Below are positions 1 to 13,559 of a stretch of 64,000 nt of DNA, piece after piece. The DNA comes from Octopus sinensis (lineage: Eukaryota). The stretch's first letter is position 1, and every line of letters begins with the position of its first letter. The stretch is from contig NC_043005.1 of assembly GCF_006345805.1 (NCBI RefSeq), forward strand, positions 102,610,001 to 102,674,000, in the 5' to 3' direction. The notes under the pieces are model-generated. The model was not told where the DNA came from and searched no databases. It was given only the letters and a program-made list of their open reading frames with translations. A program made the translations under genes and the position numbers.

Positions 1-261
1 ATATAATTTACAAAAAAATAAATAAATAAATAAAAAATTAAAACAAAATAAATAAATAAATAAAATAAAATAATAATAAATATATATATATATATATTTA
101 AAACTTATAAGTTTAAATTATTTAAATAATTTTTAAAATTTTAACTTTAATTTAAATATTTTAATTTGGAAGTTTATATTTTTTAATTAATTTTATTTCT
201 ATGTATTGGATTATCATTTTCACTGTTTGATTTGCCTAATAGTTGTTTTATCTCTAATTTA

Positions 262-322
<61 letters not shown>

Positions 323-1445
323 TATATATATAAGGCCAACAAGGGTACGGACGCCGCTATATATATATGTTTACATTTATTTAAAGGACAAGATATATAT
401 CTTTAAGTGTTACTGAGAGTTTCATATGTTTATATATATACATATATATGTATATAATCTCCTGCGGTCGTAACTTTTGCAAGTTTTATGACTATCTGTT
501 TCATACTTCCTTCTCAGGTCGTTACTGTTTATATGGGACAGTATCATTACCAAATCTATCGCAAACTTTTCAAAGCCTTCGTAGTCTAAACTTTTGAGAG
601 TGTTAATGGTGTGTTAGTTCTAACATCACTCCATTTGATTAATGTACCCATTACCGCTGGAATTTGAATATGTGACCGTTATATTTATAAATCACCAGCC
701 AGAGGTTATTTATTGTTCGTTGTGTTTAGACTTAATCTCTAGATGACTCAACACTCATATAACACCGAGAATTTGCAAATGTACTGAAACACATGTCACA
801 TAGATAACACGACAGAAACTTCCCGACTGAAATGGACGATTATTGATAGAAAAAATACTCAGAGACCTGTGGCAATACTTAAACACGGAGATTGCACACA
901 CAGATATGTGTGTGCACGCACGCTCACAAACATACACTTGAAAGGGTATAAGCAGTGCTGTCATTAGCAATACTTCTTATTATCTGTACAATATTGCTTT
1001 AATGAATTAGTATCAGTGGTTTACTTCAAAAACTTGATAGAGTTAGTTTTGAATTTGGTGTCAGTCTCTGGAGGGAGTTTATGCTGCTGGTCACTGATTC
1101 TAAGCGGGGTCGTGAGATTTATAGTCAGTTGAAAGAAGATATTTCAATCAACTGCTCTGCATATTTTTTTTTTTTTTCGATTTAATCTAATAAATTATGA
1201 TGTATCTCCAACCACTTGTACAACTGACACTTCCAGTTTGGATGTAAATTTTTCTCCGGAAGCCTAATTGAGTTACATACAGTTCTGATTGGCCAATAAC
1301 TCTCACGGTTGATTATATATTGAATTGTTTTTATTTCTGATGCGGATTTGCATATGCTGCTAGATTTGCTAATATGACAGCGTATCAATATATTGATCTA
1401 AACATGAGCCTTCAGCTTGAGTAACTGATTGGTTATTATTTGGTG

Positions 1446-1850
1446 TATTCTTTTACTCTTTTAATGGTTTCAATCATTTGACTGCGGCCATGCTGGAGCA
1501 CCGCCTTCAGTCGAGCAAATCGACCCCCGGACTTATTATTTCTAAGCCTAGTACTTATTCTATCGGTCTGTTTTGCCGAACCGCTAAGTTGCGGGGACGT
1601 AAACACACCAGCATATGTTGTCAAGCGTTGTTGGGGGGACCAAACACAGACACACAAACACACACACATATATATGTACATATATACGACGGGCTTCTTT
1701 CAGTTTCCGTCTACCAAATCCACTCACAAGGCTTTGGTCGGCCCGAGGCTATAGTGGGAGACACTTGCCCAAAGTGCCACGCAGTGGGACTGAACCCAGA
1801 ACCATGTGGTTGGTAATCAAGCTACTTACCACACAACCACTCCTGCGCCT
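1446..1850 (-). mobile_element. tRNA-derived SINE, family A (octopus-type), near full length
   Basis: Minus strand starts aggcgcaggagtggttgtgtggtaag (box A-like) then gggttcagtccc (box B-like). Central ctttgggcaagtgtctcc...gaagcccgtcg, internal (CA/TA)n, tail aagagtaaaagaata. Homologous copies at 2205, 14678 and 60200. Confidence 0.85.
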
Positions 1851-2204
1851 GCACATCTTAAATAAATAGAGATTCGAAGTTATGTTACAATAGTAAATCA
1901 CTTAATGATAAGTTGTAACGATACCATATACTGATAGTACAGCGCATTTGGATGTTCAGTTCAAGCTCGGAAATATTTGGATTAGGTAAATTTCTGACAT
2001 CAGAGGACTTCTTTTCATTGCTAAAACCTTCAATAATGGAATGGACTCTTTATTGTGGTTCTATATTTTATACTTCGCTGTTTACATGGATCGCCTTCAG
2101 TGTCTCTGTATGTTAGTGTGTATGTATGTATCCATATATGTGTGTGTGTACGTACGTACGTATGTATGTATGCAAGTATGTACATATGTATATGTGTATA
2201 TGTG

Positions 2205-2490
2205 TGTGTAGCTGTGTGGTAAGAAATTGGCTTCCAAACTACATGGTTTCGGTTTCTGTTCCATTGCGTGGCAAGTAGATCGGACACGATCTATTAGAGT
2301 CCCAGGCCAACCGATGCCTTGTGACTAAATTCGGCAGACTGAAAGTGAAAGAAAACCCGTATGTGAACGCGTGTACATATGTGCCTTTGGTTTTTTCCAT
2401 TACCACTTCACAAACTGTGTTGACGTGTTAAGGTCCCGCAACTTTGGAAAAAGAAACCCAGACAATAGGTACATGGTCTAGCCAAAAAAT
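2205..2490 (+). mobile_element. Degraded family A SINE
   Basis: gtagctgtgtggtaagaaattggcttcc...ccattgcgtggc...gccttgtgact...gaaagaaaacccgt aligns by eye to the 1446-1850 copy with many substitutions. Confidence 0.55.
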
Positions 2491-2697
2491 GTTTTTAAAT
2501 AATAATAAAGAAATATATAAAATATATCATAACCTGTCATTTCTATCTTTTTTGTTTTTATTTTTCTTCATGGATATGCTCTTATATATTCTTCGGCTGA
2601 GGATTTTAAGCATCTAAACCATATTGTACGTAAGGATTTTTAATAAAATATAAACTAATGAAAACATGTGAACTTTTGATAAATTATTACTTTATCA

Positions 2698-2835
2698 AAA
2701 CTAGAAAAGCACTCGGAGAGCGCAGACCTCTTCCAAGCAGCTCATTTCCGCCCATATACACGCATGCCTAAAATTGCCCAATTTACCAAACCAGCGCCGG
2801 CATAAACTTAACCTCCTTGGTGAGTGCAAAAAAAA
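2698..2835. mobile_element. Possible short non-autonomous DNA element (Helentron/HINE-like ends)
   Basis: Starts aaactagaaaagcactcggagagcgcagacctcttccaag and ends aacctccttggtgagt. These resemble the ACCTCCGCCAAGG/CCTTGGCGGAGGT subterminal inverted repeats of a widespread element type. Degenerate; called from recall. Confidence 0.3.
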
Positions 2836-3728
2836 TAACAGAGCCATATGATTACAAATAAAACCCGAACCCTAACCCTAACCTTACCAAATTAAACCAA
2901 CCTACCTACTTTAGATCTCTCTGTGGTCAGTATAGTATCAATCATCCATCAAGTGTCCAGCATCAGTTGTTGCTACCACAGCCGCCTCCTTAGCTGTTAC
3001 TTTTAGCAACACTTTTCCACAATTTCCACAAGAACACCAACCTCAAAGAAGCACACATTTCACACAAACACTTCAAGATATATCTTACTAATTCAGTGGC
3101 GGTGTTTCAGCACCAGTGGTCATAAATCTTAACTTAATCCTCTACCTATTTTTGTTTCATCCACTTTTCACAGCAACCGCAACGATAGGAAGTAGTCGCC
3201 ACATTTCATTCTCATGATCGTAGGGTTATATAATCGGATTGTTACCTAAGACTCCGTTGTGCTCCTAGCGCGAAACCGTGATTTATTGACAGATATATGT
3301 ATATATATATACAACATAATTGAATGCATACGGCTAAGAGTGTTTGCGTGTTTCAGAGTCGGGGAGAATGGCGACAATCTATGTGTCCTTAATCATTTAG
3401 TCAGGTTTCTTATCCGTACGACCATCTTGAATATTCATGTTTTTTTTTATTTGATATAACCATGCATGATATCTGATTAGTGGCCAGAGTTTGAATGCAT
3501 CACAAAAATACTGCCGAAATAGCTGTTGTGAATTTTGATGTCATTTGTGTTCTTCTTTCACCCCCTTAGATGGTTGGAGAACCCAGATGTTGTTTCGGCT
3601 GATGAGTATGGGTCACTTATATTTACTGCAATATTTGCAGCCTTAATAAAGCTGTCTTTGTACGAAACAACTGTACCGAAATATTGATCCATTCTTGTTG
3701 CTTTTTTCTGATATATATAATATATATA

Positions 3729-3778
<50 letters not shown>

Positions 3779-3779
3779 A

Positions 3780-3930
3780 AATATGTAATATGTGACAATT
3801 AATTATTCGGTAGCCATGATAAATCTCGGAGTTTCGGTAGTCGGGATGGAAATCCACGCCGCCATCTCCTTAGTTATCCGGCCGTCGGTAAAATGCTATG
3901 AAAAAGATGCAGAAGTACATGTATAAATTG
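3780..3930 (-). mobile_element. Penelope-like pLTR remnant with decayed hammerhead motif
   Basis: tcggtagccatgataaatctcggagtttcgg...ggaaatccacgccgccatctcc...gttatccggc is homologous to the 35122-35686 arms. Minus-strand core has decayed to CTAAGGA...GAAActccgag. Adjacent to (TA)n. Confidence 0.5.
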
Positions 3931-4729
3931 TATGTGTATAGATTATTGCGCATGTATGTGGATCATATACGTCACTTCCTGAATGGTGTGTGTGCATATG
4001 CCTCTGTAGGTCTGGCTTCGTGTTTGTCTCAGCCGCTGTAGATCGATGATAATACATTTTCGTATTCATGCTACAAACAGGGAGGTCACTATCTTCTAAT
4101 GCATAACGTCATTACACTTGCTGGCAATCGATAAAATATCACTGATAATTTATTTTGGCTAATTACTGCATGGATATGATCTGCTACAATCCTTGAAGAT
4201 AGAATTCTAGCATAGTTACTCCAAATTTTGAAACCAGTAAAAGAATTACTGAGAATTAGAAAAAATATAACGGAGAAAATCGAAAGTTTTCAAAGGTGAA
4301 TAGGATTAGACGAAACGATACGTATAGTCAAATAATCTTTTAGAAACCAATTATTTATTCGATAAATGTTTGTCTTCTTACACCATAACATTGGTCAGAG
4401 GTGCCACTTCTGTAAGAATACGAAGTAATTATTTGTAAAACTAAAAGTAAAAAAAAAATAAATGTATAAAAACAAGAAAAGAAAAACGCGAATAATAATA
4501 AGAAACATTGTGTGAAATTTCTAGAAAGTGATAATATCACCGTTCGTTTAATAATTTTGACAGAAATTCTTCATTATGTCTTTTAGTTTGTATCGTAAAA
4601 AAGGAAATCGTCAATTTTCATTTGATTCCAATTTTGTTTAATCCATATTCTAGGCACGTTCTCCGAACGCTAAAGTTTCAGAGGAAGAAATTCAGAATTA
4701 TATTAACGGTAGAAATGTTGATAACGAAG

Positions 4730-4947
4730 ATATATTATTATTATTATTATTATTATTACTATTATTATTATTATTATTAGTAGTAGTAGTAGTAGTATAT
4801 TATTATTATTATTATTAGTAGTAGTAGTATTATTATTATTAATATTATTATTATTATTGTTGTTGTTGTTATTTTGTTGACGACGAAGATGGTGACGTTG
4901 CTGACGATAATAATGATAATAGAGGTTATGGTGATGTTGGTGAAGAA

Positions 4948-4985
<38 letters not shown>

Positions 4986-4992
4986 CAACAAC

Positions 4993-5036
<44 letters not shown>

Positions 5037-5100
5037 TGATGATGATTCTGATAATACTGAAAAGAAGTATTATCACAAGCAACAACAACATCAACAACAA
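4730..5100. repeat. Compound trinucleotide microsatellite (ATT/TAG/TTG/AAT/AAC/GAT)n
   Basis: Visible directly; explains the poly-Ile ORFs. Confidence 0.95.
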
Positions 5101-5849
5101 AATAATCATCCTAAAAGTAAGAAGAAAACTGATAAAACAACATCAATATTTGATAACGCATTTATCGATTTATTTTTAGTCGACGTATCTAGGTGTTAAA
5201 CAACTGTTAATACATTTGTTATAAGGTTATTTATTCCGATCACATCTCAGAGAGATTCCACGTAACATATTCTTCTGCACTAAATATTTATATATATATA
5301 TAGTTTTTTTTTTGTTATATTTTATAGCTGTGTTATATAGCAAAACCAAGGCAAAAGATTCCCGAAAATATGTAGAAAAAAATAAAGGATGAATCAATAC
5401 AAACCTACGCATAAAAAATAAAATTGATGAATATGTAATGACAACAAGTATAAATAACGGGAAAATGGTAGGAATTTTATCCAGGGTTAGAAGATTTCTG
5501 ATTGTCTTTTTCGAAAAAAATTTAAAGGAACAAACTAATTAACTTAATTTTCTATAATTAGTTACATTTATATATTTCGAATTTTTAGTTAGATATTACT
5601 TCTAAACTAAAAGGTTTTGGGGAAAGTAAAAGGAAGAAAAATCCTTGCCATATTTACTGAGATTAATTTGTGTTTTGATTATAAATCTGTTTAAAGTCAA
5701 CATGGGATTTTATTACTACTTGTGGTAAGCATAAAATACAATGCCTGGATAAGTAATCTTGTTGATACAATCGACAATAGCTCTTCCATGAAAATTTGTG
5801 GTATTGAGTCTGTTTTAGAATTTACCGATAAAAAGCATATATATATATA

Positions 5850-5899
<50 letters not shown>

Positions 5900-6356
5900 G
5901 GTTTGCTGTTAGATGAGTTCGTTATGTATGTTCAACATACACAAATATGGACATGAAAGTAATTCTAGGGTCTGTATATTCTGTAAATAAATATTGTCCA
6001 AAGCTTTTAGAAACGAAAACATTGCGAACACGTTTCGGTTTATTAAAGAATCAACTACAACAGTTTATTAAATTATGAACATTTTCAGTTTGATTTGTGT
6101 TGTACTGCAAAGCTGTTTATTACAGGTGTCACGTGTGAGATATTTGTATGCTTATAAAGTAGAGAATAACTATTCAAAAGAACGGTGTTTCAGGTACGGT
6201 GAATGCTGTACACATATGTGAATATATTACAGGACATATACTCTCTGGCAATCTAAACTGTATAGTCGTATGAATGTAGAACATACTGGAACAGCGTTCA
6301 ATATATAGTAAGCGGACTTGTTTTTTATTAAAAAAAGATTTCTTCAAATGTTTGAA

Positions 6357-6577
6357 CCCTTTAGCATTCATATTAATTCATCAATTGTAATGCTTATTTA
6401 TCCGCATTATTTCATATTAATTCTGCATTATCTCAGAGCTTCATGATTTTGATGATGTGATTGTCTATATTTAGAATGACACTGTAGGGTAGGTGTGAGA
6501 GGCGGGATCTGGCCTGTTTAAACATAAAAATGTATAAAATATTTGGGTCGGATATGGCTTGTTTGAATGCCATAGGG
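6357..6577. mobile_element. piggyBac-like MITE (221 bp)
   Basis: Left end ccctttagcattca and right end tgaatgccataggg form a 12/14 TIR beginning CCC. Flanks are tgaa (6353-56) and ttaa (6578-81), consistent with a TTAA target duplication carrying one mutation. Confidence 0.65.
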
Positions 6578-9500
6578 TTAAGCTCCACTGGCAACAGAGG
6601 ATCATGAGAATGAAATAACTTTCCTGCAGGCATTTTATGAATATACAGATATATTTTAACGCACGATAGATTAGATGTGTTCATGGTGTAAGATCGTATT
6701 TCGGTCAAGTCATTAACTTTACAATACTGAAATATAAGGTTTTTCGTAATTCATATTGCCCTTAAGCTTTTACCTTCTGAATTGTAATGGATTGATATAT
6801 TTTTGTATTAGATGTTAAAACGATGCAATTAGATCAAAATTCGTTTACCTACACATCATACATGATGTCTGCATAATATATGTATTTATTACAATTTTCT
6901 AAAATTCTAATGCTTTATTTTGTAAACGTTACTCCACGCTTTTTCTTCCAGTGAAATGAGACCCATCCATTGTTGTTACATTGCGAAGCGTATCTGAAGC
7001 GTCATGTCATGTATTTACTGACAATCAATATTGAAATTACAGAGCCGAAATGAAATGCATTAGTAACGACTGCAGTAATAAAGTTCTCTATATTCCCATT
7101 ATATTAATTTCCTTAAATATATTTCTATAAGTCAATCACCAAGTTAAATTAATGCGACAAATATATTACTTGAATAATTCACATAAGTCCAACTACGATG
7201 AATGCCAACGGAAATATGTATTTCCATAAATATAAGGTAGGCGAGTTAATAATGGGGGTCATTGACTTTTATTTATGCAATGAATTTTATTATTATATGA
7301 ATGTGCAATAGTTATTAAGTTGTTAACGAAAATGTTATGTGCATTTACGCAAATTACTACAATCAAGCCGGCTTGGATTTATGGAATGTTATTTCATATA
7401 GAATCAGTTTATCATCGCACTTTGCTCTAAGATTACACAAACGAAGTTTTGCAACATAGACTGTAATTTCCAGCTATATCCTGTCTGAAAAATACTAATT
7501 ATTATGTTTAAGAAAATATTTCTATCAATTAAAATTATAGATTTGTGCTTAGAAATATCTTTCCTGATTTAGCCAGTAATCATAAACTCAGAAAATGGTA
7601 GATATGATTTAAATATAATTGATGAATAAATCAATATGTTCTAACAAAGATTTGGATTCTTGAAGTAATAAAAGTTAGAAATTATTGGCTGGGAATCTGT
7701 TTAATTAACGTCAAAAAGTATTTTTCATGAAACGGTTTCATGTGATCGTTTTTATTGCCAATATATACACAACATCAAACCTACTTATTTTATACTTATT
7801 TTAGAATCGTTGTCATGCGACAGAAATAAAAGTAAATTTTCCTCATACATTGCCGTTCCCATATATTCTCGAACTAACATACACACATACACATGCAGCA
7901 CATACTCACCAATCAAACACACGCATCGACACTCATGAACTTTGGTGCCAGCTGAAACGATATTATTTGTTAATGTTGTTGTCATTTGATTCCAGGTCAG
8001 ATTCTGTTTATCAGAACTATGATCAAAAACATACTAGCCTTGACCGACACATAATTTTACAGTAATCTCATTCTATGACTATGATATCCAATTATCTCCC
8101 CTTTTTTGTTCTTGAAACACTAAGGAGACCTACGACTTCCAGATATGAATGCGTTTTATCAGAATACACACAGCCCCAACAGTGTATTTAAAAAGCTTAT
8201 TTTGCCACTCCATGGTTTTGGGTACGGACCCGCTGCGCGACACCTTCTGCCTATATTTCCTACTATATACACAATGCAATTTTTACTTTAAGTGTCGGTT
8301 CTTCACGCACTTATATGCTGAAAAATTCGAATGCTCTGTAGCGGATCGTATCTATCACTCAATATCTACCAGACAATCGCGTATACAGCACGTGTTGTTG
8401 GTCAAAACTTCAGCTAACTCTATTTCTACATTACTGACCAAGATGAAAAAGTTCACATTACAATATCACGGTTCTACATTCGCTCATAATGCATCTTGAG
8501 CATGTTTTTAGATCGACCCAATTCTAATAAGTAAAATGGTGAACTGAAACTGTAGAAGAATATTGGATAAAATTCATCAGTAAATCCAGAATTGTAACAA
8601 TGTCGTGGAACTGATTCTACCTCATAGCTGTATATCCGTTACACGCGTTTCTAAAGACGCGTGGCTTAGGGTCACGCGGCGCATTATATCCTTGCGCGGG
8701 ACCCTATATTTAACATTGCTCAATTCTAATCAACTGGCAAAATTGAGTAGTACTTGTATTTCAAAGGGCTAGTCTTGTCAGATTCTGTATAACGCTGAAT
8801 TTCCCGGTGAATTACGTCAATAATATAAGTATCTTTGGAGCTCTCAGCCACTTGAACGTTAATTTCACGAGCTGGCTGTTCTGTTGATCGGATCAACTGG
8901 AACCTTCGTCGTCGTAACTGACGGAGTGTCAGCATAAATAGTTTAGTTACACGCGTTTGGGGAATGCTTAGTCAATTACATTGTAATTAAATGATGTGAT
9001 ATTTCCTTTGAGTGAACAGCTACAATATTCATTGTCAAGACCGACGGTCGATTCATTAACTCATGTTTTGTTTTTTTACTTGTGCGATTGTATATGTGTG
9101 AATTTTGCACATATTGAATTGTGTGCTATCCGTATCACCTAATAAAAGATATTGAATAACAGGTTAACTCATAGAAATATGTGGAAAAAAAAGAAAAGAA
9201 AAAGAAGTCATTCAGCTCAAACAATTGCAGCAGATTTCCATTACAGAATTTATCATCCTCTTTACACGAATTATCGCGTATTTAATTTTTATATTATTTA
9301 TTCTGTTTTTGAACGAAGAGTCTTTATGGCTTTGTAGTCTCTCTTTAGATTTCTCTCGAATGTTTTCGTGAAACCAAAATTTCTTTTCAAAGTCACAAAT
9401 GGTTTCTATTATGTCGCATCTTTTATAGTTAATTTTCAGTGGAAGTGATGACGGTGTTGAGGTAGAATGCTGTTAGTGACAATAACAGTTTTGCTTCATT

Positions 9501-9759
9501 AAGATTCCAGCGTTAGAAGTCAATTGTTTTAATCACGCCTTAAACCTGATACGTGAATATAATAATTTTCACTACGAAATAAAATAGGTCTTCTAATACA
9601 ATAACCACCAGAGAACCAGCGCAGCTATTATTTCGACATAATACTGTTAACTCGTATTTATTTTACATTTCCATTTTCAGAATTGGAAAAAAAAAATTTA
9701 ATAAGACCGATATGTATTCGTCGAAATGTAAATTAATGCAAAATTCAGTTAGTTATGAT

Positions 9760-9816
9760 AATTATTATCATCATCATTATTATTATTGTTGTTGTTATTA
9801 TTATTATCATTATTAC

Positions 9817-9896
<80 letters not shown>

Positions 9897-9897
9897 G
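9760..9897. repeat. (ATT)n microsatellite
   Basis: Visible directly; source of the poly-Tyr ORF. Confidence 0.95.
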
Positions 9898-9898
9898 T

Positions 9899-10045
9899 GC
9901 AGTGATTTGGCAAAATCGTTAGCATGCCTTTTCAGAAATAATTGGAGAAAATATTCAGAAGTATTTCCTGAGTTCAAATTCCGCGCTGGTTGACTTAGAC
10001 TTTGATCTATTCGGGGTCGATAAAATAAGTAACAGTAAAATATTC
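9899..10045 (+). mobile_element. tRNA-derived SINE, family B, partial
   Basis: gatttggcaaaatcgttagcatgcc...ctgagttcaaattccgc...ttcggggtcgataaaataagtaacagt matches the reverse complement of the 10675-10893 copy. Confidence 0.6.
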
Positions 10046-10244
10046 ACAAATACATGGAAAACGTTTTTTGCATCAGTTTTTCGACAAGAACTTTAGAAGC
10101 AAGACTCTTAGAAGCAACAGCGTCCACTAAACATGGAAGTCACCTCGGTGCTGTAATGCTCGATATACAATTTATGAGCAAGGCAAAGAAGTTTGGAATC
10201 CTGGAGTTCTACAAAATTTAGTCCTCGCGCTATAACTAACCATA

Positions 10245-10280
10245 ACTACCATATGCAACTAGAAAGTTGCATATGGTAGT
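10245..10280. repeat. Perfect 16-bp hairpin
   Basis: actaccatatgcaact-agaa-agttgcatatggtagt. Confidence 0.9.
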
Positions 10281-10674
10281 CATGTTGCGAAGAGGAAGAG
10301 CAACGAAGAAAAACAAAATCAAGCAAAAGATAAAAAATTCATAAACGAGTCACACTCTGAACAAAACACAAAAATCCTAACAATATCACTAAAACAAACT
10401 ACACTCCCACATATCTGAATAAAATGCACAACGACTCCACCACAACAACACTTGAAGAAATCTAGCTTCCCTGCTTATATCAGGCGATAGCCCGAATCAG
10501 TAGCCTCAGCAGATGGTTACATCCAGTACCACCTTTCCAAAACAACACCGCTACACTATCATTACGATTATTACTCTTATCATAATTTTCCGACAATTTC
10601 CAAGCAATTTTTTTTTGTACTATGCTCCATGTGGTCTTCCGTATTCACGAGATGTGTGCATTTGGAGACGTATA

Positions 10675-10893
10675 TATTTCTTTATTGCCCACAAGGGGCT
10701 AAACATAGAGGGGACAAACAAAGACAGACAAAGGGATGAAGTCGATTATATCGACCCCAGTGCGTAACTGGTACTTATTTAATCGACCCCGAGAGGATGA
10801 AAGGTAAAGTCGACCTCGGCGGAATTTGAACTCACAACGTAACGGCAGACGAAATACCGCTAAGATAACGTGTGTGCCAGCTCGTTGCGGATA
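10675..10893 (-). mobile_element. Family B SINE with 17-bp target-site duplication
   Basis: Core tcgaccccagtgcgtaactggtac...gtcgacctcggcggaatttgaactc. Flanked by identical gcatttggagacgtata at 10658-10674 and 10894-10910. Confidence 0.9.
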
Positions 10894-12168
10894 GCATTTG
10901 GAGACGTATAATAGCGTTTACTTATGCTGCATCTGTCTTATCTTGTTTCGGACTTTGTTTTATTATGAATGATTCTTTGTGTTTCGTATGTTAGTTGCGT
11001 AATGTAGTCACACAGTGCATTGAGCTGTTTTGTTGCATGGTGTCATATTTTCATGTACTGCTTATGGCAAAATGGCAAATATATGATGTGTGAGATGTAC
11101 ATACATTATAGAGAGCGGTGTTGATTAAGACAAAATAGCAAGAATAGTGCTTTACCTGCTTGCCAAGAATGGGTATTTTTAGACTGAAGAGAAATGGTGG
11201 CGTGTCTTTACAGTAAATAGAGAAATTATTGTCGAAATATAAAAGGTAGAATTAGAAGTTTAACGAACTGGAATGGAAGATTAAAGATTAGAACTCTCTA
11301 TATGGTGTTAAGGATCTTGGAAATTTATCAATAATTTTCAATGTAATACACAATGCAATCCACACAACATACATATCATGGTTTCTCCTCGCTTTTATCA
11401 CCCATTCCCGGAGTATCTGGAAAGATGCACGGGCACAATCGACTCTGCTATGACTTGGACATACAATATATACATTCATTTATATATTTATATAAATACA
11501 TGGAAGATACATTCATGTATATTAGAATACATTCATTAATATGCTCCTGGATAGATACATAAATGCATACACACATACACACATATTTACATACATACAC
11601 GCATGTTCGCAAATGTACACACGCAGGAATAAAAATATTAGAAAAAATAAATTGGTTTATCTGTGACATCTATCGATATTTCAGTGGTTATGAATAATGC
11701 AACCGGTATGAATTCCATTCATGTCAAATTCTGAACTTGATGCTAATGCTGATATTGGAGAAATGTAACTCTTTCATGAATTAGATGAAATATATCAATT
11801 CCAAAACATATCTAACACATCTTACACTATTGATGATTCAAAGAGAGGAAGAGAGAAGTAGATGCAAGGAGAGAAGAGAGGAGGGGTAAACGCAAGAGAG
11901 GTGAGAGATATAGGAGAAATGCGAGAGGAGGGAGATATAGAAAGAGGAGAACGAGCAGGAGAGGAGGAGGAAATATAAAAATGTATGTGCAAAGAAATAT
12001 TTGCCCATTATGACAAAACTTAAATCAAAATTATTCATTCTTTTCTAAATAAAAACCACAGGTACCACCAATACAACCCCCCTGCTTCACTCTCGTTCTC
12101 TCTTCTGATATATATATATATATATACATGCATATATATGCCTCTGTGTATATATGTATGTGTACAGA

Positions 12169-12259
<91 letters not shown>

Positions 12260-12267
12260 ATATAAAT

Positions 12268-12330
<63 letters not shown>

Positions 12331-13559
12331 GTGTGTGTGTGTATGTGTGTGTGTGTGAATGTGTATAGAGTATAAGCAGCTGCATGTCGTCTGTCTTACA
12401 CGGCTACACCCTTCGCCACACCCTTCGCCAACCGGAATGTTTTCTTTGTAGTAACTCAGCATCCAGACATAAATGCGACCAATAATTTCATATGCGTCAG
12501 TGTCGATTTGATCGACAAACACTCTTCAAAATATAACTCTACCTCTGCAATATATTGATAGATGTTTACCCAACACTCAGTGTCTTGAGAGTACTAGGTG
12601 AGTTGGAAAAATTGCTTACAGTGACAGAAGGAAGAATGAAAAGAAGTGAAAAATAAACGAAAAAAACAATAGCTAACGAAAAATGAAATAAGATGCCAAT
12701 ACGAATTGTTTAAAATTACGGACTTTATTACGTCGATGCTATAGAAGAACCTACCCTTTGATCTAGTGGGATGACAGTCAATGATTTTACACAGGCCCTC
12801 AGCAGCCGACAACTCTATGCTGTCTAGCGCTCTATCGAAGTTGTCTACAGTAGAGTAGAGCTGTGAGTAGAGCTCTTTTCATCGTTCGATATTTTTATTA
12901 ATTGTCTTCCCAGCTATGGTTTTCAGTAATACGTAATTGCTCAGAGTTGGGATGATGTATTTTTCCTTTATCTCCATCTCATATTACTTTTCTTCAATAC
13001 AGATAGAATAACTTTGCAAATCTAGCTGGGTGTTTTCTGCTTTTGTTCTTTATTCTTACTGGGTTAATTGGGTAGATATGCCTCAATGACAGCAGAGCAA
13101 GTGAACTTGAATTTACTCAACCAAGCATTATCCGTTGGCTTTTATGCTGTTAATTGTACACTGTTTCAGTCAGCTTGGCCTACAGTCGCCACTGGAGCTC
13201 CTTCTAACGGCTAAGCAGCACTAGCTTTCCTTTTGAAGCTTTGAGATATTTAGAGACGGAATAAAATGACAATAAAACACAAAAGTCGTTCGCTGTTTGT
13301 AAATAGTGTGTATTTTACAACTACGTTGGAAAGCTGTGTTTCAAGTGGAGCAGTCCAAGTTCTAATTGGAGTACCGTACGACTTGGAGTACCTGAATGCT
13401 CAGAAGATTATTTGCTGTGTTTCTTTGAACTGTTGTTTTCTTCTTCTATTGTGATTTTTTTTATTGAAATTTTTTTCTTCTTCCCTTTTGTTTCCTTTTG
13501 AATTCTCTCTTTCCTTTTTGGTGAACTATTGTTTTGGACCTTTTTATTTCTTAATTTAA

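Noticed and set aside
1006-1185. Protein-like plus frame LWREFMLLVTDSKRGREIYSQLKED
   Set aside because: No convincing splice sites or recognisable family; ends in poly-T.
1478-1869. ORFs similar to those at 14439-15018
   Set aside because: Both are frames through family A SINE copies.
2865-2890. Telomere-like ccctaa units
   Set aside because: Only about two units; too short to be an interstitial telomere.
4777-5179. Poly-Ile/poly-Tyr ORFs and the many YIYI/HTHT ORFs throughout the track
   Set aside because: They are translations of (ATT)n, (TA)n, (CA)n and (GATA)n microsatellites.
7996-8061. 66-bp plus-strand exon candidate (SDSVYQNYDQKH...)
   Set aside because: Donor GTAATC is weak and there is no other support.
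12393-12560. Minus-strand exon-like segment ending at a GTAAGA donor
   Set aside because: All three frames from the best acceptor contain stops.
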